A stretch of 64,000 nucleotides of DNA from Marsupella aquatica. Lineage: Eukaryota > Plantae > Marchantiophyta. Within the stretch, counting starts at the first letter, position 1. The number at the start of each line of letters is the position of its first letter. Shown piece by piece: positions 49,832 through 63,814 of the stretch. Below the pieces are notes generated by a model, which saw only the letters and a program-made list of their open reading frames with translations, had not been told where the DNA came from and ran no database searches. The DNA is taken from the NCBI GenBank assembly GCA_973895155.1, contig OZ316895.1, positions 18,960,508-19,024,507 on the forward strand. The letters are read 5' to 3'. The translations under genes were made by a program, and so were the position numbers.

Positions 49832-50800
49832 CGGTCCATCTGCAAGAGACTGATCTGCTCCTAACTGTGGTGTAAAAGCATGACGCTATGCATCATGTAC
49901 CAATCGTACTGCTGCCTGTGGCAAGGCCTGTGTAGTGCCCCACACTGGTGGCACAACACTGCCAATAGGTAATCCCTACATGATGTGCTCCTCATGAGAC
50001 TCCTCCAATGGTGGAACATCTGCTACATGCGCATTACCCTCAATCAAATCATCAGGTCCAGTAATGACACCACTGAATGCTGCCAAAGACAATGGTGTGG
50101 ATTTAGGGTCTCCCACAGGTCCACTAAATCTCACAGGCAATTTGCTCAATCAAGCATCAATCTTCCAAATCCTCTAGACGCAATCCCAATCCATGTATGG
50201 CAGACTTACCCAACATCAAGGGCTGAGCACCAGTATCCAGTAACACTCTCTCTAGCTGGTATACTGTTCCAGATGGCCCAACTAATCAAAAGATACCACT
50301 TCGATTATCCAATGACACAACACTAGGTTTAAACCTAGTCCTCTCAAATGTAGGGCATGCTGGTAAATTCACCAACCTCACTGGTGCTGCATGCCATGTC
50401 TCACTAGTAGCAGTAGGTGGCATGGTCTTCATTGCTTCAACACTGCAAGTTGCTTCTACATGGGAAGCAACCACTAGAGTGTCCTCACAGAGTGTAGCTG
50501 CCAATTTGAACACTTCTGCAAAACCAACTCCCAAGTTCAACATGTCTGTTGCTGAAAATAATGGGGTGCGTACTATGGTAGTAGCCGCCCCCAGTAGGGT
50601 ACCTGTCATCCCTACTGCATCACTATCTGATTCTGCCAACTTACGCACACCAGGATTTGTCCGAACCGCGTTCATAGAGGTACTCTAAACTACCTCTAAC
50701 AATGTAAAAGACTGAGGAAGCTTTGTCTGCTGACTTGCATCCCTCCTTTGTGGATCTAGCTCCACTACTGCTCCTCAGGGCTCAAAAGCTTTGGCTGCCC

Positions 50801-53800
50801 TGTGATGCCTAGACAGGAATCACTCGGCCAGTTAAGGGGGTAAAGCAGGAAGGCACCCTAGAAACACCTTAGTATAGGGACAAAACAAGGAAAATATAAA
50901 CAATTAGGGGTGACCATGGAACCCGGGCCGAGGCCGGAGGTAAGGACGCTGGGGGTGAAAACTCGATTAGGGTTAGGGCGCGTTAAGCGTCGGCGGCTAG
51001 GAAGGATCAACAGGAGGAAGGACCGGAAGAGGAGAGGGGTAAGGAGCGCTTGCAGGAGATGGTGGCTCATTTGCGAGCACGAACTAGGCAGACGACTACG
51101 GGAGGCCAACTACTATCAGCTGCTTAGGCAAGCACTCGGGGAGAGAGTAGATACCGACGAGCGACCTAAGGAGGGTATGAGCAACGTCAATCAAGCGGCA
51201 CATTTCTGGGGATGCCTGTTCGAACGGGCAACTGAGTACATCAAGACTTACGAGGACGAGGAATCAGAAAGGGCAGCTCGAGAATGGCAGGAGCTCGCTC
51301 GATTGTGGGAGCTGCAGAAGACGGCTTTCTTAGGAGGCGAACTCATCAAGGACGAGTTCTTGTGGACTCCTACTTCCAATCAGCTCGACGATCTTCTGTT
51401 TTGCAAAGATAGCGTCGTCGGCATCCGAGAGGCCATCAAGAACTGCAACGACATACACTGGGAATTGAAGGGTAGCACGGAAAGGTGGACCCAGGCAACG
51501 GTGCTAGGAGAAACCTCCACGGCAGCAGAGATGAAGAGGAAGGGAGCCGTCAACGATGAAGCCACCCCGGCAAAAAGAACGAGGTCGGCGGCACCAAAGA
51601 AGCCAGCCGAGCAGCAGAGCAGGAGGCAGGGAGAAGCCGAAGAGGAGGAGGTTGATCCCATCAAGGCCATTCCAACCAGGGATGACACCTGGAAGGGCTG
51701 GGCGGCAACCCTACCGGTGGAGGTGCAACTACATTTTGCACGGGAGGAGGATGCATGCTTTACGGCCATGCAGACCAAGAAGTACCAAGGCTTCATGGCC
51801 GGATCCGGCTTAGAGGCCTTTGTAAGATTACCATGGCTGAACCGGAGTCAGACCTATTAGAATTCGTGGGGTCATGGGAACCCGAGATCAATTGCACGAG
51901 GATATATGGGAAGGATTTCTATCTTACTCCCAAAGTGATTGCCGAAGTGTTTGGCTTGCCGATAGGCAATAAGACCAAAGTTGATACCAGGAAGACCTTG
52001 CCTGACAAGGAGTTCCGGTCGTTCCCCGGGCCATCAACGAAGAATGGCTTCTTCCAGAACACCTGCACCAACCCGCACATAGGAGAGATGATCGACTTCT
52101 TGAGGGTGACCATGCATTGTAACTTGCCGAGGGCAGAGATCGGCAAGGCACAGGTTTATCTGGTAGAGAGGCCAGACCCAAGCCGGGACTACAACGGGTA
52201 CCTCCTCAACCAATTGAAGAAGATCTTAAAGGAGGAGCAGCAGGTAATCGGCATGGGGAGCGTGTCGCGGCTTGGCTATCACATGCCACTGTTGTGCCGA
52301 TATGCCAGAGGTCAGACTTTTGCCCCAGTACTTCCCCTGCAGGTAAGGGCACCCAAGGAAGCTCCAGCACCGAGGCCGGTAGCAAAGAAGCCTCAACCAC
52401 CTGTTAGCCCTACGATCGAGCAGGTGTTTAGGCCAAGGAAGGAGGACTTGCCGATGCAGCAACCAGGCATGCAGAGTCTGCTGAAACTAGTGGAGAAAGA
52501 AAAGAGATTGGCATTGGCAACGACAACGGCAACGGCAACAATGCAGGACACTACTCCGGAGGTAGGCCTACACCGGCTCACAAGAGAAAACCCCTTTGCT
52601 GGAGACAAGGAGAGAATCAGGCCGGAATCCAAGCCAGGTGTTCGAATGTATGTGGGACTCTCAAGCTCTGAATCTGAGGCGGAATTGCCTGAAGCTCCTA
52701 CCGACGAAGAGGAGAGGGAGAAGCCGGACGTCCAAGAAGTAGAGGAGGCAGTGGAGGACTTCAGCCATGATAACTCCGGCTATGGGTCGGACCATCACGT
52801 TCCAGGAGTAAGGACCTGTGGCCGGTTTGTCCCCACACTTCCAAGGGTAGTACGAGGGGACCCCAACCAGCAGAGTAGCCCTGAGTCTCCCCCACCAAAT
52901 GTTACTCCCCCGAGCTTCGACGGCATAAAATAGACGGCGCAGGAATTTTAGGAGCGAATCAGGCAGGAAGAGAAGGCAGCCCTGGTCAGGGAAAAGGATT
53001 TGCCAGGAGGAGATTGGCCGGAGGACATCAGGCGGCTAGCCAAAAAAGGAAGCAAACCTCTAGCCATGATTGAAGAGATCCGCAAGATGGCTTGGGAGCA
53101 GAGGCCGCGATGGGCGATGCCGATCACTTCTACTTACTCCACCTACGCTAAGAATAGAGCCATGGAGTATGGTGAGATGTGTGGGGAACTTGCGCTCGGC
53201 ATCTTTGGAGAGGAGTTGGAGGTAGGACCCTTTTTCCATAGGGAGCAGTTGGAGAAGCACCAATTAGAAGAAGCGGTGGCTTTAGAGAGAAGCAAGAAGG
53301 ACGAGGTCATTCGGCGGCTTAGGAGGATGGAAGCCGAGATTGAAGATCTAAGGGCGGCCAAGAAAGCCCAAGATGAACTGCGGATTAAACGGCATGAGCT
53401 GAACATCATGCAGGGGCAGTTGGACACCGCGCAGGCTGATAATCAGAATATCAAGGATAAACTGACTCAGACGCAGGGAGAGTTGGCCGATACGATCAAA
53501 GAGAGGGAGAAGTGGAAGCGAGAGCTGAGGAATGCAGAGGAGGCCCACATAACAGCCAACAGCCGGGCCATGGCGGAGACCCAAAGAAAGGAATGGGCGT
53601 TAAAGGGGGAGCTCGAGAAAATCCGCGGAGCCCTTGAGCAGAAGGAGGCCGAGGTAGGAAAATCCTATCAAGGGATTATGGCGCTGCAGCAGGAGCTTGC
53701 GTCCCTGACGGCCAGCTTCAAGGCCGACCTAAGGGAGAAGGACGAGATGCTCGATCAGACTTACGCCAAGATGAACCAGATGGAGTCTGTCATCATTGCA

Positions 53801-55271
53801 GAGCTCGACAAGGAGCTAAGAGCAACCCGAGAGGAGAGGGCTACCTTGAAGAAAGAACGGGAGGAAGCCCAAAAGGAACTAGAGGAGGCGTGCAAGGACC
53901 TGGATGAGACCCAGGAGGAGTTGGAGGAAATCACGAGGAAGATGGAGAACCTCCAGCGGCGGGCCGACAACCAAACAGAGCGGCTGAAGAAACAAGCCGC
54001 AATATTTAGGTGCTTGTCTTCATCAGGCCCAACTCCAATTGGGGCAACCAAGTTACCAGGAGTGGTACTGGCCGAAGAAAAAGCCGCGCCACCTGCACCA
54101 GTGCCGGAAGTAAGTGGGAAGGGGAAGGGACCAGCTGCCAAACCAGAAAAGAAGAAGAAGCGGAAACCTTCAGGGTCAAGGAGTAATCCGACTCCACAGG
54201 CCGTGGTGACCAAGGAGGTAGATCCAGCACCAACCTCCGGCATGAACACGGCAATAGATCCCGCTATCATCAAAGGTGGGGATGGTGCGGCCCAAGCAGA
54301 ACTACTCAGTAATGAGGCCGGTATCCCAGATCCGCCTCTTGAGCAGGCCGGGGAGACCGTAGCCGATAATGATTCCCGAGCCGATGCCGACGCCGATGGT
54401 GGACCCAGTCAGGCCGATGGAGAGTTGACTCAGTCAAGGGCAGGTAATCTGTCAGAAAACGAACCTACGGCAGTGGCTGAGGAGGAAGCGTTGGGGGCGT
54501 CCATTGAGGATCCACCACCGGTGTCGTGACGGTGCAAGGGCGCCGTTCCTTTTAGGAAGGGCGGACGTGGAGGGAGGAGGCGTGAGTGGGTAGGGCGGGC
54601 GCTGATCTCCAAGTTTAGGATTAGGATCAGGACCAGGAGGCGGCCCTGACACTTAGCTTAGTGGGATTGCGGTTCCACTGGTAGGAGCAACACTTGTGCT
54701 CTTGCCTTGCTGTACATAGGTAGATCCGGGCAAGTAGATTACTGTTAGGTAGTTTAGGCTTACGCTGCAAGGAATTAGGCGGATCCACTACCAGGATAAG
54801 TACCTGGGCAGCGGGGAGCTCAGGGCCTCTTCTTTAGCAAGTTTTTAGTTTGCACCAGCCGGGCTGGGATCAAGTAGTAAGAGAAGCTCTCGGTTAGTCA
54901 TACAGTGACCCTTGTGTATATTCATGTTTCCTCATGCCTAAGAGCTGAATAGAGTTGGCCTCACGGCTTAGTTCGCAGAGCTTGTGTATGAGATGTACTG
55001 TTTGTATGGCAAGTGCATGGTATGACTCAGTCAGAAGGAGTCATTTTGCTATTTGTGTGTCGCATTAACTTGTGTGAAGAGTGCCCACATCAACTAGAAG
55101 GAAGGAAAGTAAGCAGGGGAGTGAGAGTTGGATGTGTCGAGCTGAGAGAGGTCTTAGCGGCTTAACCAAGCCTATTGGGGATCATTCCGGCGGCGGAATC
55201 CAAACATACCTAACAAGACGGAGGGGAAGACGAGGGAAGGCCTAGATTAGGCCGGCTACGTATCTCATGAC
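50801..55271 (+). mobile_element. ORF-containing LTR-like unit (~4.5 kb)
   Basis: Starts TGTGATGCC; family motif TTCCGGCGGCGGAA...AAACATACCT at 55185; right end and TSD not resolved. Confidence 0.55.
50910..54529 (+). pseudogene. ~1200-aa accessory protein: plant-transposon-protein-like domain plus long coiled coil
   Basis: Three consecutive ORFs joined by one frameshift (~51855) and stops (~52931-52950); LLEFVGSW...IYGKDFYLTPKVIAEVFGLP; heptad-rich region 53250-53990. Confidence 0.7.
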
Positions 55272-55604
55272 CCGATGAAGGATCTGTCCAGTATATGTGT
55301 GTAAAATGTTAATAGTAGTAGTAGAAGGTTAGCAGCGTCCCATGCCGCTAAGCCGCGGAAACGGCCTCGCCAAGCGCGAAACTTGCGGGAATCGGCTTGA
55401 GCTGGGGGGGTTTCTTGGGTTTAGGGAGCCATGGGACGCACCACATGCCCCACGTGTCAAAGCTGCTGATGTATCCATATGTGCAGTGCCACTGACACAT
55501 GAATCCCATGGTGGCAAGGTCTCCATCAGCTCCATAAGATGTGGAAGGACCATGGGATGTGGAAGATCCATAGGATGTAGATGCCCCATCACCAGAAGTA
55601 GGTC

Positions 55605-56699
55605 TCACCTGGTTCTGAGGTCCCACCATTTCTGGAGACGATGCCATTTCATCTTCAATCCAATGATTCCCCACTCCACTTGTACTTTGTACCCTGCATG
55701 CATCTTGTTGAATGATCTAACTGCTCCACGAGGCAGTTGCATAGTGCGGATTTCAGTTTTGCTGTAGCCTCTCAAAATATAGTGCTCCTTTCCCTTGTAG
55801 CCTGAATCACCCATAAGAAACTCGTAATATTCTCCAATGTTCACAAATAAATTCTGGAAGTTTGCTTCAACCCAGGAATTATGTAGAATTGTGCAGTCAT
55901 GAAATGATCCTGGATATCCTGGATCTATGAATATGAAGAAACCATTGTGGTCAACTACCACGGTTGAATTCATGCAATACATTTTCTTATGGCCCTGGTA
56001 CCATCTCTTATGTCTAGGATCCTCAAAAGGTTTTCTAATTTTTACAAGAGTTCCATCCACAATCCCAATACAACCTACAAGCTGAGGAATGGCCTACCCT
56101 AAAGATCTTTGCTCCTCCTGAGATGGCCATCTAATCTCCTCAGCGATTGCCTAGTTGACACAAGTAGCCACAAACAAGGCATCGTCGCATACAGTAGCCC
56201 TACACCAATTCCAGCGACTTGCATCAAAGTTCACTATGTTGTTGTGCTTCAAATAAAGCACAAAACTCATGAGACGCTGATCAGGGGACAATTTGCATGG
56301 GCAGCTAGAAACAGTGTGACGGGAGAGTTCTTCAAATTCCTCAGGTGTGAAATTTGTCAGATCTTTAAACTGCTGTGAGTGGCCAATGTGTCGTGTGAGT
56401 AAATCATTCACTGGCAAATTGTGGATCACAAAACTCTGGTTCTCTTGGGAAAGCTCTATTGGCTCAAAGGATTCTATCATAGTCAAGTAACCTCTCATAG
56501 CAGTTGCCAGGATGAGATAGAGCTGCACATCCAGGTCAGTAGCAAAATTGTCATCACTACTACTATCACTACTAGCATCCATGTTGTCAACTTGGAACAA
56601 CTCAAAGTCCTGAATGTCAATCGACATCTTTGCACACCAGCGAGAAAATTTTGGGACAACAAAATAAGTTTGTGAGGTGAAACAAGATGCAAAACTCAT
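55605..56699 (-). pseudogene. PIF/Harbinger transposase (DDE_Tnp_4-type)
   Basis: VDGTLVKIRKP, PGSFHD, LMGDSGY, FNKMHAGYKVQVEWGI.GLKMKW; N-terminal FKDLTNFTPEEFEEL. Confidence 0.87.
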
Positions 56700-56794
56700 A
56701 CATACACTACAATAAACACAGCTCGGGACACGTTCATGATTAAGAGCTCACAAATGATTCCCTAAAAAAAGAAAGAGAAACATGATTCAACAAT

Positions 56795-56970
56795 GACTAA
56801 GCATGATTCAGTGAACTCGAGTATGAATATGAGGTCACAAATAATTCACAGTTTAGACTAAGCATGATTTAGTGAACTCAAGTATGAAAATGAGGTCACA
56901 AATAATTCACAGTTTAGACTAAGCATGATTCAGTGAACTCAAGTATGAAAATGAGGTCACAAATAATTCA
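56795..56970. repeat. 61-bp tandem repeat, ~3 copies
   Basis: GACTAAGCATGATT(C/T)AGTGAACTC...AATAATTCACAGTTTA. Confidence 0.88.
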
Positions 56971-58039
56971 TAGTAGTTTATATGAAGAGCAGAAACACAT
57001 AACTAAGTGCAGCGAGGGAAGGGATTCAAGGAACCTGTATTCTAATGTGAAGGATTCTAGTCACGCTAGGCCAGGTACCTTCGTGATGAACTTAGTGATG
57101 AACTTAGTGATGAAGTCTCTCCGATGCCTAAATTAAGGCAGTCACTCCTGCAAAGATCTTTAGTCAAGGCTGCCTTGGTCACCTTTAGGTTCACTTGTAG
57201 GAAAAAAATTCAACGTTGTTTCAGCAACAGCCCCGTGAAGAACAAGATTGCTAATCATTCTCAACTTTGAATAATGAAGGCAGGGCACAAAAAACCACAT
57301 TGATGGGATCGAAGAAGCTAGCGTGTACCTCTGGTTTATTTCTAATGTTCTTCGCGCAATGAGCGTAGTCTAGTGTACTAAGAGTTTCATCCAGTGTCAA
57401 AACAGGACCAAGACTAAAGGCAGTCCAAGCCAGACCACAAATTGCAACAACCCGGTCACCAAGCCAGACCTACAGCAAATGAAATGATTCCTAAAACTTA
57501 CGCAAATGCCTGTGTGAACCTCATTGACACTCGACAATTGACCTTCATTTGCGCCACCCTGCTCCCCCAATTGTACTTGCTACCAAATTTGCCACTTGGA
57601 GAATGGTGAGATACTCCAAACAATTTTCCATCCACAATGTTGTAGTCCATGACCGCCTCCGGTTTGTGAAACTCCTTTCAGTTCCCAACATTCATCCAAC
57701 GCTAAGATCCTCACCTTCTATACTCAACACAAGTCCAGATTTCAAGTCCTAAACGCCCTCCAAAGTCAAAACTCTTCATTTATTTGTCTCTGAAGTCAAA
57801 ACTTTACGCAACAACATTAGTACCCCTATCCTTAATCCTATCGAGGGTTAACTTTACCTTAAAGTTAATATACGACTGTAATATGATGACGCGTGTCGAT
57901 TAACTACTGACTCTAGTAGAGTTCTATTTATTCTTGGTCGAGTTACAAAAGGTGAATGACTTTATGGATATCTAAACCTCGACCACGGTTTAAAGCTAAC
58001 CATCCTTCAAACATGTTTGACTTTACAAATATCTCTATT

Positions 58040-59119
58040 GTGTCAGATCGTTTGCCGTATTTGTGTGAAGGTGTGGGACCCTACAACATTTCCTCAATTA
58101 AAGGCAAATACTGTGCGTGTGCTTTGTGACTTGGAGATTTATTTCCCGCCAGCATTTTTTGATGTCATGACTCATTTGGTCATCCATGCGGTTGAAGATC
58201 TGGGCCACTACGGCCCAATGAGTACAAGGTGGATGTTTCCAATGGAATGGTACATGAAGTTGCTAAAAGGCAAGCATGGTTCTCGGTTACATTCAAGAAG
58301 AGACCTTGGGGTTCCTTACAGAATACATGGCTGGTGTAGACACTATTAGGAGTAGGGTGTGGGATGCTGAGGAAGAAGAGGGGGTGGCTGGAGAGGTTCT
58401 TCAAGGTGCTTTTACTTCCTTGCAATTGTCTGTAGAAGTTCATGATGCAACACACTTATATGTCTTACACAATACAGTCATGACGCAACCTTGGTGGCAG
58501 TGAGTACTCATGTTTATGCACCCTCCCTGCATCCTTCTTTATTCATATCCATTTTGGTAGGATATGTACATTGTATTGAGAAATTGTTCTCATTGTCATG
58601 ATGCAGGGAATACAATGTGCAGAAGGCCACCCAGTTAGGGTTAAATCAATAGACATTCCCTAGTTTTCTTGAGTGGATCAGGACACCAATTTGAGAGCAT
58701 AGCAGACAGAACCCAAACATGGACAAAGATGTTCTCCTCTTGTCTGTGCCTCCCAAACGCATTGTACAACGGTATAATTGCATGAAAGCATATGGGAATC
58801 AGTACCGTGTCCTTGATGATGAGGGCAAGCATTTAGTGACATATAATTCGGGGGTAATATCTGTGTTTGAGCATATAGATGCTCAGAACAACAGGGGCTG
58901 GATGGAGATGGGATATGATGGGGAGTTGGCAGACATCTGGGCACTGAATTATGGGACCACATCACAACAAATCATCCTAATGAAAGGTTCATGGGTGAAG
59001 CCAGATTGGTATGGGCCAAGAGCAACCATGAAACGGGATAGTCAATTTTAACCAAAGACTGGCAGAATGGATGGAGCCTTTTGTGTTCCCAAGTCAAGTT
59101 GAGCAAGTGTTTTTGATCT
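58040..59119 (+). pseudogene. CACTA/En-Spm transposase 3' fragment (DUF4218/DUF4216-like)
   Basis: LCDLEIYFPPAFFDVMTHLVIH...RWMFPME; EPFVFPSQVEQVF cut by the MULE TIR. Confidence 0.85.
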
Positions 59120-59720
59120 GAGGTATAGCGACCGAGACAGCAAACAGGCAAACAACAAATACTTTTCCTGTTTGCCTTATGCTGTTACCAGGAAAAAACA
59201 TCTTGTACCAGGGGAAAGAACACACAATCAGGAGTTTAGAATTGTTTAAGTTGGAGTTAGGCCATTGCGGTGAGGGAGGATACCATGTCATGAATCGCTG
59301 AACCACATAATAATTGAACCTCATATCCCAACACAAACAAGGGGGAGCATACATAAAAATGTCAAGGAATGCGCACAAAAATGGTAGGTCCCACCACAAT
59401 CGGCAACAAAATATATAAAAATAATACAAAATGAATGCATCCCAAAACTTTATGGTATTATATGGTCCAAAATAAATGCGAACAACGTCTTGACTAGCGC
59501 CTGGCGCTATCTTATCGGTATTTCAGGAAACAAATAGTTGGCGTTGAGAACATCAAGCACAACACAATGATATTTAACGGTGTAGCCTAAACGACAAAAT
59601 TATCAGCGCCTGGCGCTAACAAAACATGACGCGACATAAATAACACTTTTCCGTTGACATACGACAAAATCAATATAACCGTTTGGACCAATAATACAAC
59701 CTACATCATCATGATTCATG

Positions 59721-62700
59721 CTATAAACCATGAGCATTTTGCCTCTCTAATATGAGCTGAACCTCTCCAACAGTGAGAATTGGTTGGCTGGTCAATGTAG
59801 ATTCCTCAACGTCTAGTTTGAAAACGGTAAGGAAAATCCAATACAAATGTTTGCAAGGCATATATGGATGTTTCTGAGAATGTCGCCGATAGAAATCCTC
59901 ACACGAGCAAGTGGGGAAAATGCAAATTTGAACAAAATAACAATTTGGCGTCCGCATATTTTCGTGCGTTTGCACCTTAAACTGCTTTCCCCATGCATTC
60001 CCAATCGCAACATCCCACTCTCCCTGAATGGACATCGTCTCTTTTTTTGCAGACGCAATTCTGTTCATGTGACCCTGGGTAAGATTTGACCGAGGAACCG
60101 TATTCCTCCCATTCCGGCTTCGGAGACAAACATTGGGTTCGACAAGATTCACATGTTCTGGAAAGATATTGACATTGATTTGAAGATCAAAATCTGACGG
60201 GGGTGTAGTTGTACGTTCATTTCCGCGCACTAGGGAGATTCCGTTGTCAAGAAGATATTGCAGCTCGTCTTCCGAAACATTTGTCCCTTTCAAAACGGGA
60301 AGAACATCTGGGAAAGGGGGCAGGTTCAATACACCTCGACGAGGGCGGCTTCTGTAACATGTATTGTTTGGGCAAAACCAAATCATTTCGGTTATGGGTC
60401 CCCCCCTAAAAATGCGTTGTCCTTTGACAACAACGCCGATAACACCATGTGGTGAGGGAAATCCAACTTTTTTCATGCGATTGCGACACTCATCTCTTTC
60501 AAAATTACGGGAAAATGATCCGTTGCACTGAGGACCAGCGCCAAAATTTGAAGTTCGACGTAATTGCCATGCAGCTGGAGCAACCTCGGTCTCACGGACA
60601 AGATACTCTTGTAACGGTTGCTGAAGCACGGAGGGAGCAGTCTGGGGAAGCCTCGTTGAACGCGTTCGGTCTCGAGCAGGAGGGGTATTGAAATCGACAT
60701 CTTCTCCACCGCCCGAAATGTCACTTCCAGACAGATTAACAACAGGATTAACTTGAGGCGTGGGGCCAGGGATAGCATCAAACGTCGTGAGATTAAGATT
60801 CTTCCTTTTCATCGATCTAGTATTGGGTGAGGTGACAAGGATTTTATCATGCCTATGGGAGTCTTGTGGCGAGATATTCCCAGAAGCATGTCCTTTCCTC
60901 TTCAAAGATTTGGTGACAACGTGTCCATTGAGAGGTGCACGTCTCTCCAACTCAAACTCGGCAGCATTGGACAGTAGCATATTCATTGCATCTTCATACA
61001 ACTTGGGGGAGCATGCCTAGTCCGCTGATCGGAAAGCGAGTTCCCAAATTGTTGGACCTTTTCCTCTATGCAACCCTTTCCGATACGCAGTGTAAGCAGC
61101 AACCTAAGAAATAGCTCGATTTTGGTCCATTTCACATGCCTCAAAGAGGCCAACCTTTTTCTTCATTACCCATGCTTTCATACCTGCGTGCACGGACTCT
61201 GATCCTGTACAATTAGGAATCTTAGCCCCTTCTTCGACACTCTTGTTCTGCAATTACATAGAATAAATTGTCCGTTATGCAACAAGAAAACACTAGCGTC
61301 GGGCGCTAGTGAAGTACAGTCTGTACCTAGAAGTAAAAACTGGCACTGTCCATTAAGGGATGACTTATTGCGTCGTATTGTGTCATATCACAGTTTGAAT
61401 AAATGATAGCGCCAGGCGCTAGTATTAAAGGATGCTATGGTATTGTAATATTTGAATATGGATACAAACATTTTGTAATGAGAATATAGCACAGTAATAC
61501 CTAAAGAGCGGAAAGCAAAGTAAACTAACTTACCAAACGAATAAAATTTCCCCATTGCCTCCACCTGACGACCCACCATGAAATCCAACTCGGGAGCATC
61601 CGAAGCTTCCCCGGGACACAGTTACCTGACTTCCACCACAAATCAATCTCCCTTGAAATTCTGTAAGCCTCTACAAACGTGGGGGCATTTCGCATCTTAT
61701 CCCAAAGCCTCCGATGCTCTCCTTGACTCTCTTCAATCACTCCTTCAACTGAATGGCGACGGAAGGCTTGGTAGAAATGGAATGCGACAGTTCGCTCACG
61801 CTCAGGGTTTGGATACCCTCCAAAAAAGACATTTCGGACTGCCAGCCAACCAGCTTGAGCATTGTCCGCCATGAATCCATGAATAATCGGATTTTCTAAT
61901 CCATTCTCCTTGGACACCTCAATCATTAGTCTCCAAGCCTTCTCGAACGACTCTGTATCCTCCGCTTTTAGTTCGCAGGTAAATAAGGTACACAGAGCGC
62001 GATAGTTATGATCGTAAATATGCGCACTAAAAGTAATCAAGTCTTTTGTGAGTCGTTTCATCACATCAAAACTTACCCAAGAACCTTCGAGACTTCCACC
62101 AGGTTGCATTTGTCTCAAAAGATCGACGCCTGATCCATGGCCGATCGAAGTCATCTTGAATATGTGAGGACGGTCTTCTTGAGACCCTTGACCTGGTAGG
62201 AGGTACCTTTGGAGGAAAGGTATGTTGACATTTCTTTGATACCGAACAAGAAAATCTAGTTCACCTCGACCTTTCTGGTCCTGTCTAACACTACGAAAGA
62301 GGGACGCAAACTTCTGGGGTGTGGAAACTACCATGAGCGACTCAAATATCTCGGTTTCTTCAATATCTTGAATATCTTCCACACTTTCATACAAGGACTT
62401 TACAAAAGACCCTGTTGCCACATTTTTTACACCAACAGGAGTGAAAATTGGATTTCCTTCCAATTTCTTTTTGATAACCTCCTCAACAATCTTCTCTGCG
62501 CTCCAAGAAAACACCTTTCTTGAAGGATGGTTGTGCATCCCCATATGAATTGCCAAGCGGGACATGTGAGTACAGGTTTCTGAGTCAACTAGAAGCTAGG
62601 GGTACATGTAAAATAACCTTGCTGGACAAGATTGGACACAAAACGGAACTTGATCACAAAATTGGCAAACAACTCCACCTTCGTCAAGGAAGGAGCCAAC

Positions 62701-63814
62701 ACGATGTTGCCCGCCAAGTTTAGGGGTTCCACCCCAGGCCTTCTGGTTCCTCCTTTTCTTCCGTCGAAAATAGTCGCAAGTATTATTCCTACACTCAATG
62801 GAACCAGTGCACATTACTTTACCAAATTCCCAATATTTCTTGGGATGAACATTAGCTGATGTAGGAAATATTCTGGTCCAGATGTAGCAATCCTTCGACC
62901 GGTCCATGTCGCGTAGACGTGACCCCTTTGAAAGAGCTCCCGTAGGAGGCAACTCGAATACAATATTTCCATTGTATTTCTTTGGCAAACAACCGACTTG
63001 TTCATGGCAGAAGTCCCCAGCCGCGATGAACCTCGAGATTTCACTGGAACCAGTTGACTTGAGAATGGTATCCATTGCACTTCTCCGATACACAATGGAA
63101 TTTTTGGTAAAAACTGCTCTAACCTCCTGTTTAACAGGGGTAACCTCCTGTTTAACAACTGTGTGAGGGGGTTTATCACTAGACTCAGGCAAACTAGAAG
63201 GTCCATCATCGTCGCTATCTGAAAGCAAGACAACATCAACAAAGGGTTTGGATGAAGATGGGAGATCGGATTGCGGCGGCGTTGCTGATTGAGGGGTCTG
63301 CTTTTTGGGGGGCTGCTGTGGGAAGGGCATGGGTGCTCTCTTGATCGGTGTTATTTCCCTTCTTTGAGGGGGGGCTCTCCCTGGGGCTTTGATGCTCTCT
63401 TTTGTGCTTTTGGGCTCTCTTTGTGGCTCGCTAGTGTGCTATTGCTGTCCCTGTATTAAGGGCTGTTGTTCCCCCTATCCGTGGGGTCTTTCACGGTATT
63501 AAAATTTATAAAAAAAACCATTCCAAGGAAGATGGGAGATCGGATGCGACTGGTTTTCGAATGACAATAGAATACCGAATTCCTGCATTCAGGTGCCAAA
63601 AACGAATCCCGTCATCAACATCAAAAGAAGCAGTGAAATTAGAGGCTTCATCTCCGTTCCCCTCCTCCAAAATGTTTTCAATGTCATTCAAATCCAAACC
63701 AAAGCGCCCACAGAGATAATTCTCACTAACTTGCTTGTATACGTCATTGGCCGACAATGGAATGGATACAAGGTCACCCGTAGACGGACGCGTCAGAATG
63801 ATTGACCTCGACAT
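59721..63814 (-). pseudogene. GCM-MULE-SWIM transposase, copy 2
   Basis: Collinear homolog of 16382-24404; same intron position (61533-61248); CTGSIECRNNTC...CQFC...C...HMGMHNHP; CSCEDF...CKH; stops present. Confidence 0.87.
63254..63545 (+). mobile_element. Short retroposed (LINE/SINE 3'-end-like) insertion in the transposase
   Basis: 18-bp duplication GAAGATGGGAGATCGGAT at 63254-63271 and 63528-63545; A8 tract at 63510-63517, 10 nt before the right duplicate. Confidence 0.55.

Larger units (their letters stand above)
37036..50800 (-). mobile_element. Ty3/gypsy element with domain order PR-C5 DNA methyltransferase-RT-RH-INT-PHD
   Basis: LLDTGA (~50230), C5-MTase motifs, YIDD (~41945), LHTDWSGVG, integrase core, PHD, PPT at ~37643-37652. 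Two nested insertions can be removed by their TSDs. Confidence 0.85.

Noticed and set aside
57877-58026. Possible short solo LTR (TGTAA...TTACA)
   Set aside because: No TSD, PPT or second copy found
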